A DNA stretch of 64,000 bases from IMG/VR virus record IMGVR_UViG_3300009027_000005, positions 1,045 to 65,044 of that record; one strand, given 5' to 3'. Of this stretch, positions 7,984 through 19,400 are shown in pieces. The notes under the pieces were generated by a model that saw only the letters and a list, made by a program, of their open reading frames with translations, did no database searches and was not told where the DNA came from. Within the stretch, counting starts at the first letter, position 1; each line of letters starts with the position of its first letter. This stretch comes from a virus. Taxonomy: Duplodnaviria; Caudoviricetes. The position numbers and the translations under genes were made by a program.

Positions 7984-10900
7984 ATGGCTATCGGTCGCAT
8001 TAGTGGTCCGCTCTTGAAAGCTAACCTTTTGCGTGAAAACGTAAATCTGGCTTTTGAGACTGACCTGTTATATTTAGATGTTCAAAACAGCCGAATCGGT
8101 ATTAATACTGACACACCTCAATACGATCTAGACGTAAGCGGTACAACAAGAACTCCAACACTTAACGTAGATACACTAGCACAACTAGGCGATATTAGTA
8201 TCTCTGGCTCAAACATTGCAACTAGTGCAAATACATTAACACTAGGCACTACATCAGGTAATAGTGTTGTATATCAAAATAAACTTGTTATTGATGATTT
8301 AGAATTACAAAACAACGAAATTAGAACTACGGCATCAAACGCTAATCTAGAATTAAATCCAAATGGAACAGGCAGTGTTGAAATATTTGGTAATACAAAT
8401 GTTTATGGTAACATTGTTGCAACAGGTTCAATTACAGCAGATGGCAATATTACAATAGGTGATGCTGACACTGATAACGTTGTGTTCAATGCAGAAATAC
8501 AATCAGATATAATTCCAGACACAACAAGCACTTACTCATTAGGTTCTGATCCTGTCGCAGGCGGCAAACAATGGTCTGATGTTTGGGTAGATAATTTTTA
8601 TGCCGGAACAGTAACAACAACTTCACTTGAAGTTGATGGTGTTGATCTTGCACTACGACAAGGTAATATATATTACGTATCAGAAAACGGAGATGATACA
8701 TATTCGGGTGATCACCCTAATGATACTTTTGCAACTTTAGAACATGCGTTAAGTGTTGCTGGCAATGGCGACACTATTCACATTTATCCTGGAGAATACC
8801 AAGAAATATTTCCATTAACAATTCCTGCAGGTGTTACTGTAAAAGGGCACAGCTTACGAGGAGTTAATATTTCTCCTACAACAGGAACAAACACTAACAC
8901 AGCATTCTTACTCAATGGTCAAGTAACCGTTGAAGATATAACAATTAAAGATTTTTATGCTCCTGGATATGCATTTGAATTTGCAAGTAATTTTAATATA
9001 TCATCTCGTTCACCATATATTAGAAATGTAACTGTTATTACACAAGGATCAGTTACAAGCGGTGCAGATCCAAGAGGATTTGATGAAGGTGACGCAGGCG
9101 GCGGAGCATACTTAGACGGAAGTTTAGCAAACTCTGCATCTAGAGAAGCAGGTTGTTTATTTCATTCAGTAACTTTTATTACTCCCGGTGTTGACGCACT
9201 TACTATAACAAATGGTACAAGAGTTGAATGGCTTAATTGTTTTACATATTTTGCAAATAAAGGTTTATATGCGTTAGACGGAGCAACCGGTCTAAAAGGT
9301 ACAGGTAAAACAGCAGTTAGAGTTGACGGAGCAAGCGGACCATATCTAGCAGGCGAAACATTTACATATTATGACACAGATGGTACTACAGTTTTAGCAA
9401 CTGGAACTATTAGTAGTGTAGATGCTGATGGAAAATTTTATGTTTCTGGAAATTTATCAGGACTTGAAGTTGCAGCAGAGCGCGGCGGCAAAACTATATT
9501 AAGAAATCAAAATCCTGTTACAGATACTGCTATTAAAAAGTTTGGAACAAGCAGTCTTATATTAGATGGCACTGAAGATTCTATTAGTGTTGCATCAAAC
9601 AATGATTTTGGTTTTGGAACAGATGATTTTACTATTGAAGGATTTTTCTACTTTGATAGTGTAACTGGTACAAGAAGTTTAATAGACCTTAGAGCAGGCG
9701 CAGATACAGATGTAGGTCCGTACTTAAATTTAAATGCAGGTAATCCAGAAGTTTATATTAACGGTTCAACTGTATTATCAAGTGGAACAACCTTAACTAC
9801 AGCAACTTGGTATCATATTGCAGTATCGCGCACCGGCACAACTATGAAACTTTTTGTAGACGGTACAGAAGAAGATAGTGCAACAGTTAGTACAGACTTA
9901 GGTTCAGCAAAACCATTAGTAGTTGGTGCAAAATGGAGCACAACTGCTGAGTACTTAGATGGTAATGTTGACGAAGTAAGAGTTTCAAAAGGTGTTGGTA
10001 GATATACAGGTGCATTTGGTGCAATTACATCAGAGTTTACAAGTGATACTTCAACAACACTTTTATTACATTTTAACACAGCAGATGATAGTTCTGAAAC
10101 TATTGTAGATGATACTCTTAATTCACAAGATTTAAGATTTAGTAGCGGCGAAACTGCAACATATGTTACACTTGCTGACACATTAGACTTTGGTGGAGAA
10201 ATACGTTCTATTGCAAGTGCAAACGTATACGGTAACTACGGTGCATATGGCGACGGCAATGGTGTACTGATGTATTTGATCAGTCAAAACTTTGCATACA
10301 TTGGTAATGGTAAAGATGTTGATAACGATCCAACAACTGTTGTGCAAACACAAGAAGTTACTGAATTAAACAATGCAAAAATAAGATATAACTCTGTTGA
10401 TCATAAAGGTGACTTTAGAGTTGGTGATTTGTTTTATGTAAATCAAGCAGACGGCACTGTTGATTTTACTAGTTCACAATTTAATATTGACACAACTAGT
10501 GGTTTAACAATTACTACAGGCGGCAACACTACTACAATTACTGGTACAGAAATTGATACTGGTAATTTAAGATTAAGTGGCAACACAATTAGTAGTTTGT
10601 CAGGCGATATTAATTTAAGTAGTGACAGCGGCAATGTTAAGATTACTTCAACAGGAAGTTTACAATTACCATCGGGGAGTGTAGCAGCAAGACCAACGCC
10701 TGCAACAGGTATGATTCGTTACAACACAGACGATAATACTTTTGAAGGATATGACGGCAATTGGAGAGTATTAAGTGGTGTTTATGATTTAGATAGAGAC
10801 ACTTATATTACACCAGAATTAACTCCCGGTGCAAATGATAGTACAATTAGATTTTATATTAGTGGTGCAGAAAGAGCTAGTATAACAAGTACAACATTTG

Positions 10901-11322
10901 AAACACCTAGAATAGATGTAGATGATATATACATAGACGGAAACGTTATTGGAACAACAACAGCAGACACAGATTTACAACTTACTGCTAATGGCACTGG
11001 TTCTGTTGTAATGGATAATATTGCTATTAAAGATAGCACAATTACAAACACACTAGTAGATACACCATTATTATTCCAGCAACAAGGAAATGGATATTTT
11101 AAAATAGAAGGTACTGGAGGGTTTGTTGTTCCTGTAGGTACAAGTTTACAAAGACCTGCTGCGGCTTATAGAGAAACCGGAATGATAAGGTTCAATGTCG
11201 AGCAAGGTTACTTAGAAATTTGGGATGGCACTTCTTGGGTATCTGTTGCAGGTGCTTCTGGTGCAATTACTTTTGCAGCAGCAGAAGACTTAGCTATCGA
11301 ATACGTATTAACATTAGGATAA
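7984..11322 (+). CDS. Tail fibre/spike protein with LamG/ConA-like domain
   Basis: Beta-helix-like core plus KFGTSSL...DFTIEGFFY...WYHIAVSR...GNVDEVRVSKGVGRY...TLLLHF. Confidence 0.8.
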   Translation: MAIGRISGPLLKANLLRENVNLAFETDLLYLDVQNSRIGINTDTPQYDLDVSGTTRTPTLNVDTLAQLGDISISGSNIATSANTLTLGTTSGNSVVYQNKLVIDDLELQNNEIRTTASNANLELNPNGTGSVEIFGNTNVYGNIVATGSITADGNITIGDADTDNVVFNAEIQSDIIPDTTSTYSLGSDPVAGGKQWSDVWVDNFYAGTVTTTSLEVDGVDLALRQGNIYYVSENGDDTYSGDHPNDTFATLEHALSVAGNGDTIHIYPGEYQEIFPLTIPAGVTVKGHSLRGVNISPTTGTNTNTAFLLNGQVTVEDITIKDFYAPGYAFEFASNFNISSRSPYIRNVTVITQGSVTSGADPRGFDEGDAGGGAYLDGSLANSASREAGCLFHSVTFITPGVDALTITNGTRVEWLNCFTYFANKGLYALDGATGLKGTGKTAVRVDGASGPYLAGETFTYYDTDGTTVLATGTISSVDADGKFYVSGNLSGLEVAAERGGKTILRNQNPVTDTAIKKFGTSSLILDGTEDSISVASNNDFGFGTDDFTIEGFFYFDSVTGTRSLIDLRAGADTDVGPYLNLNAGNPEVYINGSTVLSSGTTLTTATWYHIAVSRTGTTMKLFVDGTEEDSATVSTDLGSAKPLVVGAKWSTTAEYLDGNVDEVRVSKGVGRYTGAFGAITSEFTSDTSTTLLLHFNTADDSSETIVDDTLNSQDLRFSSGETATYVTLADTLDFGGEIRSIASANVYGNYGAYGDGNGVLMYLISQNFAYIGNGKDVDNDPTTVVQTQEVTELNNAKIRYNSVDHKGDFRVGDLFYVNQADGTVDFTSSQFNIDTTSGLTITTGGNTTTITGTEIDTGNLRLSGNTISSLSGDINLSSDSGNVKITSTGSLQLPSGSVAARPTPATGMIRYNTDDNTFEGYDGNWRVLSGVYDLDRDTYITPELTPGANDSTIRFYISGAERASITSTTFETPRIDVDDIYIDGNVIGTTTADTDLQLTANGTGSVVMDNIAIKDSTITNTLVDTPLLFQQQGNGYFKIEGTGGFVVPVGTSLQRPAAAYRETGMIRFNVEQGYLEIWDGTSWVSVAGASGAITFAAAEDLAIEYVLTLG

Positions 11323-11326
11323 GAAA

Positions 11327-11656
11327 ATGGCAACAACGTTTAAAAATAAAGTCATAAAAGATGTAGGAGAATTACCGATACTTGCAATAGAAACAGACGC
11401 AGCAACACGATCAACTATTGTTGGTATAAGTTTAGCCAATTTAACCGGAGGCGTTGTTTATGCAAGTGTACTAGTACACGACGATACAAGTATAGAAGGG
11501 TATTTTATAAAAGATGTATTAATTCCTCCTAATTCTAGTTTAAGGGCATTAAACGCAGGAGAAAAGTTGATATTAGCACCAGAAAATCAACTTTATATAC
11601 AAGCAGATCAAGACGAATCACTCGATGCAGTGATTAGTTATGTGGATATTAACTAA
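11327..11656 (+). CDS. Small fibre adaptor protein (paralog 2)
   Basis: MATTFKNK...IVGISLAN...IPPNSSL...KLIL...SYVDI. Confidence 0.65.
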   Translation: MATTFKNKVIKDVGELPILAIETDAATRSTIVGISLANLTGGVVYASVLVHDDTSIEGYFIKDVLIPPNSSLRALNAGEKLILAPENQLYIQADQDESLDAVISYVDIN

Positions 11657-11666
11657 GGAATAAAAA

Positions 11667-12038
11667 ATGAGCAGTTACGTTGGATACAGTGCAAGCGATT
11701 ACTTACTACAAAACTCTAGTAATAGATATGTGTACGGGTTGCGCAGAACAGACGAAGGAGAGCTATTTTTTGGTAGGTCAGATCAACTAGATATAAACGA
11801 CGATCTGCAAATTAATAATCCTGGCGATCCTCAAAACAACTTTACAGATTTTGAACAAGGACAAGACTTTTTTGAGGGTAGAGATGTATATCATAATTTA
11901 GTTTTTGATAACTTAAGATATGAACAGTTTAGATGGGATGATAGAAATATCTATTATTATGTAAACAGCGAAGGCGAACTAGTTGTTAGAATTAATAAGC
12001 AGTACACGTATCCAACAGGAACAAGTTCAAACGGTTAA
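11667..12038 (+). CDS. Hypothetical virion protein
   Basis: AAGGA RBS, operonic position, YGLRRTDEGELF motif. Confidence 0.6.
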   Translation: MSSYVGYSASDYLLQNSSNRYVYGLRRTDEGELFFGRSDQLDINDDLQINNPGDPQNNFTDFEQGQDFFEGRDVYHNLVFDNLRYEQFRWDDRNIYYYVNSEGELVVRINKQYTYPTGTSSNG

Positions 12039-12053
12039 GAATAGGAAAAACAA

Positions 12054-15000
12054 ATGGCAGAATTTAAAATAGGTCGCTTAAGGTTTAATTGGAAGGGAGA
12101 ATGGACTCCTTCTACAGACTATATAAAAGATGATGTAGTACGATACGGTGGAAATAGCTTTGTTATAAAAGAAACACATACTAGTTCCACGAACTTCTAC
12201 GATGACTACGGATCAGACCCTACAGATTTAAAAGTTACTGTGGCAAGAAATACAGGCGACACTGCTGATGTGTTTTATATAAACGGAAGAGAAAAAACAT
12301 CAATAAATTTACATCAAGGAAGGACGTATATCTTTAACCAAGATGATGCTTCTAATGTATCAGGTGGCGCCAGTGCTATGCCTTTGTTTATTAGTGATAC
12401 TGATGACGGTACAAACAACGACGGTATTAGATATTCTGGTAGGGTTACTTACTATATAGATAGGGTGGCAGTAACTGAAGATGCATACATTAGTAGTTTT
12501 TCTGGAGCAAGTAGAAGAGAAGTAAGAATTACAATTGACGAATTTACTCCTGCTAGTTTATTTTATTTTGCCAACGGTACGGCATCAGCAGGCGCAGGCA
12601 TTTCAACTGCCTCTATAGCAAAATTAGAATTAATGCTAGAAGGAAAAACTTTTTATTCAGACTGGACAGTGAATACAGGATATAAAGAAGGTGATATTGT
12701 TGTTTACAATGCTAATGTTTATGTCTGTATTCAAAGCCATTCATCTGCTGCAACAGAAGCTTTGGGTCTAGAAGCAGATCAACAAAATTGGAAAAAAATA
12801 GTTCAATCTAATAATTGGATCGGTAGTTGGACAGGCGGAACAAGATATATTGTAAACGATATAATTACATACGGTCCAACTGTGTATAGATGTACTACGG
12901 CGCACACTGCTAGTACAAATTTTACTGACGATAGTGCAAATTGGGAAATTGTCCTTCAAGAGTCTTCGTATAGAGGGGACTGGGCAACAGCTACACTTTA
13001 CAGAATTAATGAAGTAGTAAAATTTGGAAGTAGCTTATGGAAGTCAAATGTACAACACTTCTCAACAACATTCCAAAATGACCTATCTAATTGGGATGTA
13101 TATATTGATGGCTTAGAATTTGATAATGCATGGTCTGCATCAGCTTACTATCAGATTGGTGATATAGTTAGATACGGCGGCTATTCTTATCGAGCAGTGC
13201 GCAATAATGTTAATATAATACCATTAAATAATACAGATGACTGGCAATCTGTTTATGAATCTTATCTATTTTCTCAAGATTGGTCGTCAGAAGCTTCTTA
13301 TGCAATAGGTACACTTGTTAGACACAAAGGATATTTGTATGAAGCAGTTAACGATAATAGCGCCGGTTTTGAACCTCCTGATTTATCTTACTGGAAAGTA
13401 ATAATACCAGGAAGAGAGTGGACTGGATTATGGATTGCCGAAACTGATTATAAGCTTGGGGATCTTGCTACATACGGTTCTAATACTTACGAGTGTATAT
13501 TAGGCCATACGTCAACCGCTGGAAATGATAGACCAGACAACGACTATGGTATAAATGATACATACTGGAAAATGTATGTAGAAGGCGATGTTAACAATGT
13601 AATGACTGAACAAGGTGATATTGTTACATATCAGTCAGGTAATGCTAGATTAGGGCGCGGCGGAGAAGATAGTGCATTAAGAGTTGCAAACGGTGGCACA
13701 GAATTAGAATGGGACTTATTTGGAAATACACAAGATATTTACTATGTATCTCCTAATGGAATCGACGAAATTGACCAAGGAACTACTCCTAATTCTGCTT
13801 TTAAAACTATCAGGTATGCGCTAGAATATATTAGTAATAATAGAAATGTCGAAACAAAATTAGACTTATCAAAAGATGTTATTGCTTATGCTATTTTGAA
13901 AAAAGGTGCGTTAGAATCATTTACTACTGCACCTAATTTAGGTGCTATTTTAGACGAAACTAATCCTAACACAGGCTTTGCTTACGGAGACGTTACAGGT
14001 AACGGAAGTATAAATTCGTCAGATGCCCAAGGGTATCTGCAATGGTATAATTATCATATAAGTGGAATTTCTTCAGACGCACCGAGCGAAGGTGTAAGAG
14101 CAGCTTGCGAAGATTTATATAATAGATTATCGGCTAGTCGTGCAGATATTATTGACGAAACATTTGAATGGAGCGGTGATAATTATGATTTGGTCACTAC
14201 AAGTATCAAAGAAGCTACTCTTTTTGTAAAAACAGGTCTTTATAAAGAGATATTACCTTTACGTGTGCCAGAACTTACTGCTGTAGTAGGCGATGAATTA
14301 AGAAGTACTGTAATTACCCCAGCTAGCAGCTACGAATCAACAGACATGTTTTATTTGCGTAACGGTGCAGGTTTAAGGAATTGTACCTTACAAGGATTAA
14401 ATGATGTCTTAAGTGATGCAAGTGAATATTTAACTAGACGACCTTCAAACGATGTAAAGTTTGTAAGTTTAGATCCAGGCGCTGGCCCTACTGACGAAAC
14501 AGTATGGATTACAAGTAGATCGCCTTATGTGCAAAATGTATCAGTCTTTGGTACAGGCGTTACAGGACTTAAGGTTGACGGCAATTTACACAATGGCGGA
14601 AACGACTCCATCGTTGCAAACGACTTTACACAAGTTATTAGTGATGGCATAGGAATGTGGATAACTAATCAAGGAAGAGCAGAACTTGTGTCAGTGTTTA
14701 CTTATTATTGTCATATAGGCTATCTTGCAGAAGCCGGCGGAAAAATTAGAGGCACTAACGGAAATAATTCTTACGGCGATTATGGATCCGTTTCTGAAGG
14801 TGTAGCAGTAAGTGAAACTCCTATTACTGGAGTAGTAGACAATTATTATCAAGATGCACAAATTCCGACAGTATTTACTAACGGTAACGAAATTTTGCAT
14901 GTAGAATATTCTAATGCAGGTGTAAATTACAATACTTCTGCTAGTTATACACTTACAGGAAGCGGCACAAACGCAGCAGTTTCTTCTTCTAATGTTGTAG

Positions 15001-16397
15001 ATGGCGGAATTTTCGAAGTTCGTTTAACAGTTCCGGACACAGATACAGTACCAGGGGGCACCAGTTATCTAACTGTTAACGGAAATGCTCAAAGTGGTAC
15101 TACTGGAGGGACAGTTCAAATATCTAATACTGACGAGAACGAATTTTCTAATTATGAAGGTATGAGACTAATTATTACTTCAGGTGCAGGTGCAGGACAA
15201 TACGGGTATATAACTGCTTATAACACTGAAACAAAATTTATTACTATTGCAAAGGAATCTGATGATTCACAAGGTTGGGACACTTATGGAACAGCTTCAA
15301 TTGTTGCACCAGACACTACTAGCAAATATGTAATTGAACCTAGAGTAGTTGTAAGTTCAGGCACAGCACATCTACGAGTAGGCGTAGCATCGGGTAGATT
15401 ATCTGGATTTAGGATAGTCAATCCTGGATCGGGGTATAGTGTAATTAGCCCACCAACCGTAACAATTACTGATCCAAATGTAACTTCTACAGGAACATGG
15501 GAAGTACGAGTAGGCGACGGAGTACTAGCACAGCCTACTTTTTCAGATAGGGGCTCAGGTTATATTATTGCACGAGCTACGGTAAGCGGTGTAGGATATG
15601 CTGACAGCTATCAATCAGGAAAATATCTATATGTTTCTAATCTTACATTAGAGCCTGGACCAGGCGCAAACGTACAAATTGACGGTAATGACGAGATCTT
15701 TCGACTAGTAAAGGTCGAACAAATTACAGGTACAGCACCAAACATAAGTGCAAGATTATGGGTATCTCCAGCTGTTGAACTATTTGAGTCCCCAGAAGAT
15801 AATGTAGGAATTACTATAAGAGAAAATTACAGTCAAGTTAGATTGACAGGTCATGATTTCTTAGATATTGGACTAGGAAGTTTTGAAGATACAAATTATC
15901 CGTTTACTGTAGGAAGAGAAATATCACAAGAAAATGAAGTTTTAGAAAACGGTGGTGGAAGAGTCTTTTACACATCAACTGACCAAGATGGCAATTTTAG
16001 AGTTGGAGAATTGTTTAAAGTCGAACAGGCTACAGGTATTGTTACACTAAATGCAGAATCATTTGATCTAGGTGGACTAACTGAATTAAGATTAGGCGGA
16101 GTTATATTAGGTGGTACAGGTGCAGTAGTAAGAGAATTTAGTACGGATTCTACGTTTAGTGCAAACTCAAATAACATTGTTCCAACACAACGAGCAATTG
16201 CTACATTTATTCAGAGTAGGATTGGCGGTGGCGGCGCAGATGTAAACGTAAACCAAATATCCATGGGACAAATTACCATAAGTGGTGCAGATATTAGTGC
16301 AAGTGTTCCTGAAATAGAATTTACTTCGAAACCAATATTCAAAGACGGAACATTAGATCAAGCAACAATAGCGTATGCAATGGCAACAAAGCGTTAA
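12054..16397 (+). CDS. Large tail fibre/appendage protein with Trp-rich CBM5/12-like repeats
   Basis: Repeats of W...T.Y..GDIV.YG...Y.C...H; beta-helix-like core; paralog of 16436-21919. Confidence 0.75.
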   Translation: MAEFKIGRLRFNWKGEWTPSTDYIKDDVVRYGGNSFVIKETHTSSTNFYDDYGSDPTDLKVTVARNTGDTADVFYINGREKTSINLHQGRTYIFNQDDASNVSGGASAMPLFISDTDDGTNNDGIRYSGRVTYYIDRVAVTEDAYISSFSGASRREVRITIDEFTPASLFYFANGTASAGAGISTASIAKLELMLEGKTFYSDWTVNTGYKEGDIVVYNANVYVCIQSHSSAATEALGLEADQQNWKKIVQSNNWIGSWTGGTRYIVNDIITYGPTVYRCTTAHTASTNFTDDSANWEIVLQESSYRGDWATATLYRINEVVKFGSSLWKSNVQHFSTTFQNDLSNWDVYIDGLEFDNAWSASAYYQIGDIVRYGGYSYRAVRNNVNIIPLNNTDDWQSVYESYLFSQDWSSEASYAIGTLVRHKGYLYEAVNDNSAGFEPPDLSYWKVIIPGREWTGLWIAETDYKLGDLATYGSNTYECILGHTSTAGNDRPDNDYGINDTYWKMYVEGDVNNVMTEQGDIVTYQSGNARLGRGGEDSALRVANGGTELEWDLFGNTQDIYYVSPNGIDEIDQGTTPNSAFKTIRYALEYISNNRNVETKLDLSKDVIAYAILKKGALESFTTAPNLGAILDETNPNTGFAYGDVTGNGSINSSDAQGYLQWYNYHISGISSDAPSEGVRAACEDLYNRLSASRADIIDETFEWSGDNYDLVTTSIKEATLFVKTGLYKEILPLRVPELTAVVGDELRSTVITPASSYESTDMFYLRNGAGLRNCTLQGLNDVLSDASEYLTRRPSNDVKFVSLDPGAGPTDETVWITSRSPYVQNVSVFGTGVTGLKVDGNLHNGGNDSIVANDFTQVISDGIGMWITNQGRAELVSVFTYYCHIGYLAEAGGKIRGTNGNNSYGDYGSVSEGVAVSETPITGVVDNYYQDAQIPTVFTNGNEILHVEYSNAGVNYNTSASYTLTGSGTNAAVSSSNVVDGGIFEVRLTVPDTDTVPGGTSYLTVNGNAQSGTTGGTVQISNTDENEFSNYEGMRLIITSGAGAGQYGYITAYNTETKFITIAKESDDSQGWDTYGTASIVAPDTTSKYVIEPRVVVSSGTAHLRVGVASGRLSGFRIVNPGSGYSVISPPTVTITDPNVTSTGTWEVRVGDGVLAQPTFSDRGSGYIIARATVSGVGYADSYQSGKYLYVSNLTLEPGPGANVQIDGNDEIFRLVKVEQITGTAPNISARLWVSPAVELFESPEDNVGITIRENYSQVRLTGHDFLDIGLGSFEDTNYPFTVGREISQENEVLENGGGRVFYTSTDQDGNFRVGELFKVEQATGIVTLNAESFDLGGLTELRLGGVILGGTGAVVREFSTDSTFSANSNNIVPTQRAIATFIQSRIGGGGADVNVNQISMGQITISGADISASVPEIEFTSKPIFKDGTLDQATIAYAMATKR

Positions 16398-16435
16398 TTA
16401 GATAAATATTATTAAGATATATACTGGAGTATAAA

Positions 16436-19400
16436 ATGGCAGAGTTTAAGTTAGGTAGAATTAAGTTTGTTTGGAAAAACGAATGGGATTCCAGTACCAC
16501 ATACTACGTTGATGATGTAGTACGCCACGGCGGCAAAACTTATATATGTGTTGAAGGACACACATCAAATACAAATTTCTACACAGATCTAACAGCAGTT
16601 AAATGGAATTTAATTGCAGACGGTCAAGAATGGAAAGGTGACTGGACTGGGTCTACGTATTACAAGGTTGGAGACATAGTAAAGTGGGGCAGTTTAGTAT
16701 ACATATGTATTACAGGTCACACTTCTCAAACTTATTTAGAAGACGATCAAGCAAAATGGAATACATTTGCTACAACATCGTTTGATTGGAAAAGTGCTTG
16801 GACAGGTTCTACCTATTACAAACTTGGTGACGTTGTAAAATACGGCGGTACCATATATAGAGCAAACTCTAGCCATACTTCACAAACACTTTTAGAAGAC
16901 GACCAAGCAAGTTGGGACGTTGTAATACAAAGTTTTGAATATAAATCTACTTGGACTGCTTCTACTTATTACAAAATAAATGATATTGTAAAATATGGCG
17001 GCGGACTTTGGATTTGTACAACTGCACATACTTCAACAACAACATTGGCCGTAGACGAAGCAAATTGGGCTCAATTCGTTGAAGGGTTGGAATTTGAAGA
17101 TAGCTGGGATCAAGATACAAGATATCAACCTGGAGATATTGTAACTTTTGGCGGTTACCAGTATGTTTCTAAAACTAATAACTTAAATGCAAAACCAACC
17201 GCAAGTGCTTCAGATTGGGACTTATTTTCAACAGGATTTAATTTTGTAGGTGAGTGGGGAGACGACTCTACAAATCAAGATTACCGTGTAGGCGATGTTG
17301 TAACTGTAGGAGGATACACGTATTTGTGCATTCAAGAACACGAAGGTGCAGCACAAAAACCAGGAGATACTGCAAATTATGCAAACTGGTCAAACTATTG
17401 GGAAAGATTAAATCCAGGGGTTATTTGGAAAGGCACCTGGACAGATGCAACTGTTTATGTTCTAGGAGATGCAGTAAAATACGGTGATAATAGTTATGTT
17501 GCTGTAACAACACACACCTCAGACGAAACTATTACTCAAAATAGACCAGATCAAGATACAGACGGGTCAGAATGGAATTTATTAGCAGCCGGTGCTTCGT
17601 CATCTACACTTACTACAGACGGCGATTTAGTATATTATGGCGGCGCAGGTCCAACAAGATTACCTATCGGAAACGAAGGAGATGTGCTTGTTATTAAAAA
17701 CAACAACTTGACATGGGATCGTTGGGGAGACTTAAACAACGTTTATTATGTTGCGCCAGACGGAGAAGATGAAATAAGCTACGGATATACTCCAGATAGA
17801 CCATTTAAAACTGTACGTTATGCTACTGAACAAATACAAAAAGGTATAGTACGTCCTAATGCTTCTCGACTAATTGAAGTTAACAAAGCATTCATAATGG
17901 AAGAAACTGCTGAATGGGTAGCAGCACAGATTGTTGCAGGCACTGGCATTTGGAGCGGATTTACAAATGACGACGAATACTTAACTAATATCGAATTTGG
18001 TAAAGTTATAGATGCAATTCTATACGATATTAATCACGGCGGCAATGAAAAGACTAGAACAAAAACTTTATCGTATTTTGAAAGCAGTGCATTAGTTGCA
18101 GACATGGCAGACGAAAATGATCAGTTTGTTGCAGCACTAGAATACATGGAAACAGTGATAGATGCTGTTATTAGTAATCTAGCACCAGCAGCAACATATA
18201 GTTCATTTACACAAACAACAGATACTAATTATGTTGAAGAAACAGATGCACAATCAACTATAGAAAATTTAATTGATATTATTACAGATGCACTTACAGT
18301 AGAAACTGATAGTAATGTACCGACAAAAATTGAACCACAAAATTCACTTATGGTCAAGACAGGTATATACAAAGAAGTTCTTCCAATAATTGTACCAAAA
18401 AATACAGCAGTAATAGGAGATGAACTACGTTCTACTAGAATCGAACCAGCAGGAGCACTAGTTAGTATTACAGATACACCATATTCGTTAGCAGGTATAC
18501 TTAATTTAGAAAGTAATTTAAATGCTCTACTGTCTGGAGATAATGATGGTGATCCATTATCAGACGGTCTTAGTTCGTTCTCTGCAGAAAGTGTTGACTC
18601 TACATTAACTGTTGCGGATTCTACAGTTGCATTAGAAGCAGCAGAACTTGCTAGACAAATACACGATTACATTGACTTCGGCGTAAATGGTGCAACTGGC
18701 GACTCAACTACACCGATAATAACAGGCAGCAATACAGAAAATACTACAATTGAATACACATATGCAGTAGAAATTATAGAAAAAAATAGAACTTACCTTG
18801 TAGAAGAAGTTATAGGTTATATTGCTGCTACATACCCTTCATATACATATAATGCAGCTAAGTGTCGTAGAGATGTAAACAGATATATAGATGCAATTAA
18901 ACATGACCTAATTTATACAGGTAACTATAAATCATTATTAGCAGCACGATACTATGTAAATGCTGTAAACAATTCTTTACAAGAAGACATGTTCTATATG
19001 AGAAATGGAACAGGTCTACGTAATTGTACACTACAAGGTTTGACCGGCACATTAGGTAGTGCAAATTCATACGGCACAAAGCGTCCAAGTGCAGGAGCAT
19101 TTACTAGTTTAGATCCAGGTTGGGGTCCAGCGCACCAAGATGCATGGATTTCAAACAAATCTCCTTATGTACAAAATGTTACAAACTTTGGTACTGCTTG
19201 TGTCGGTTTAAAAGTAGACGGAGATTTACATAATGGCGGCAACGACTCTATCGTTGCAAACGATTATACACAAATTATATCAGATGGTATAGGCTGCTGG
19301 GTAACAAACCTAGGACGTTCAGAACTTGTTTCTGTGTTCTCATACTACGGACACATTGGATACCTAGCAGAAAATGGTGGTAAGATTCGTGCTACAAACG

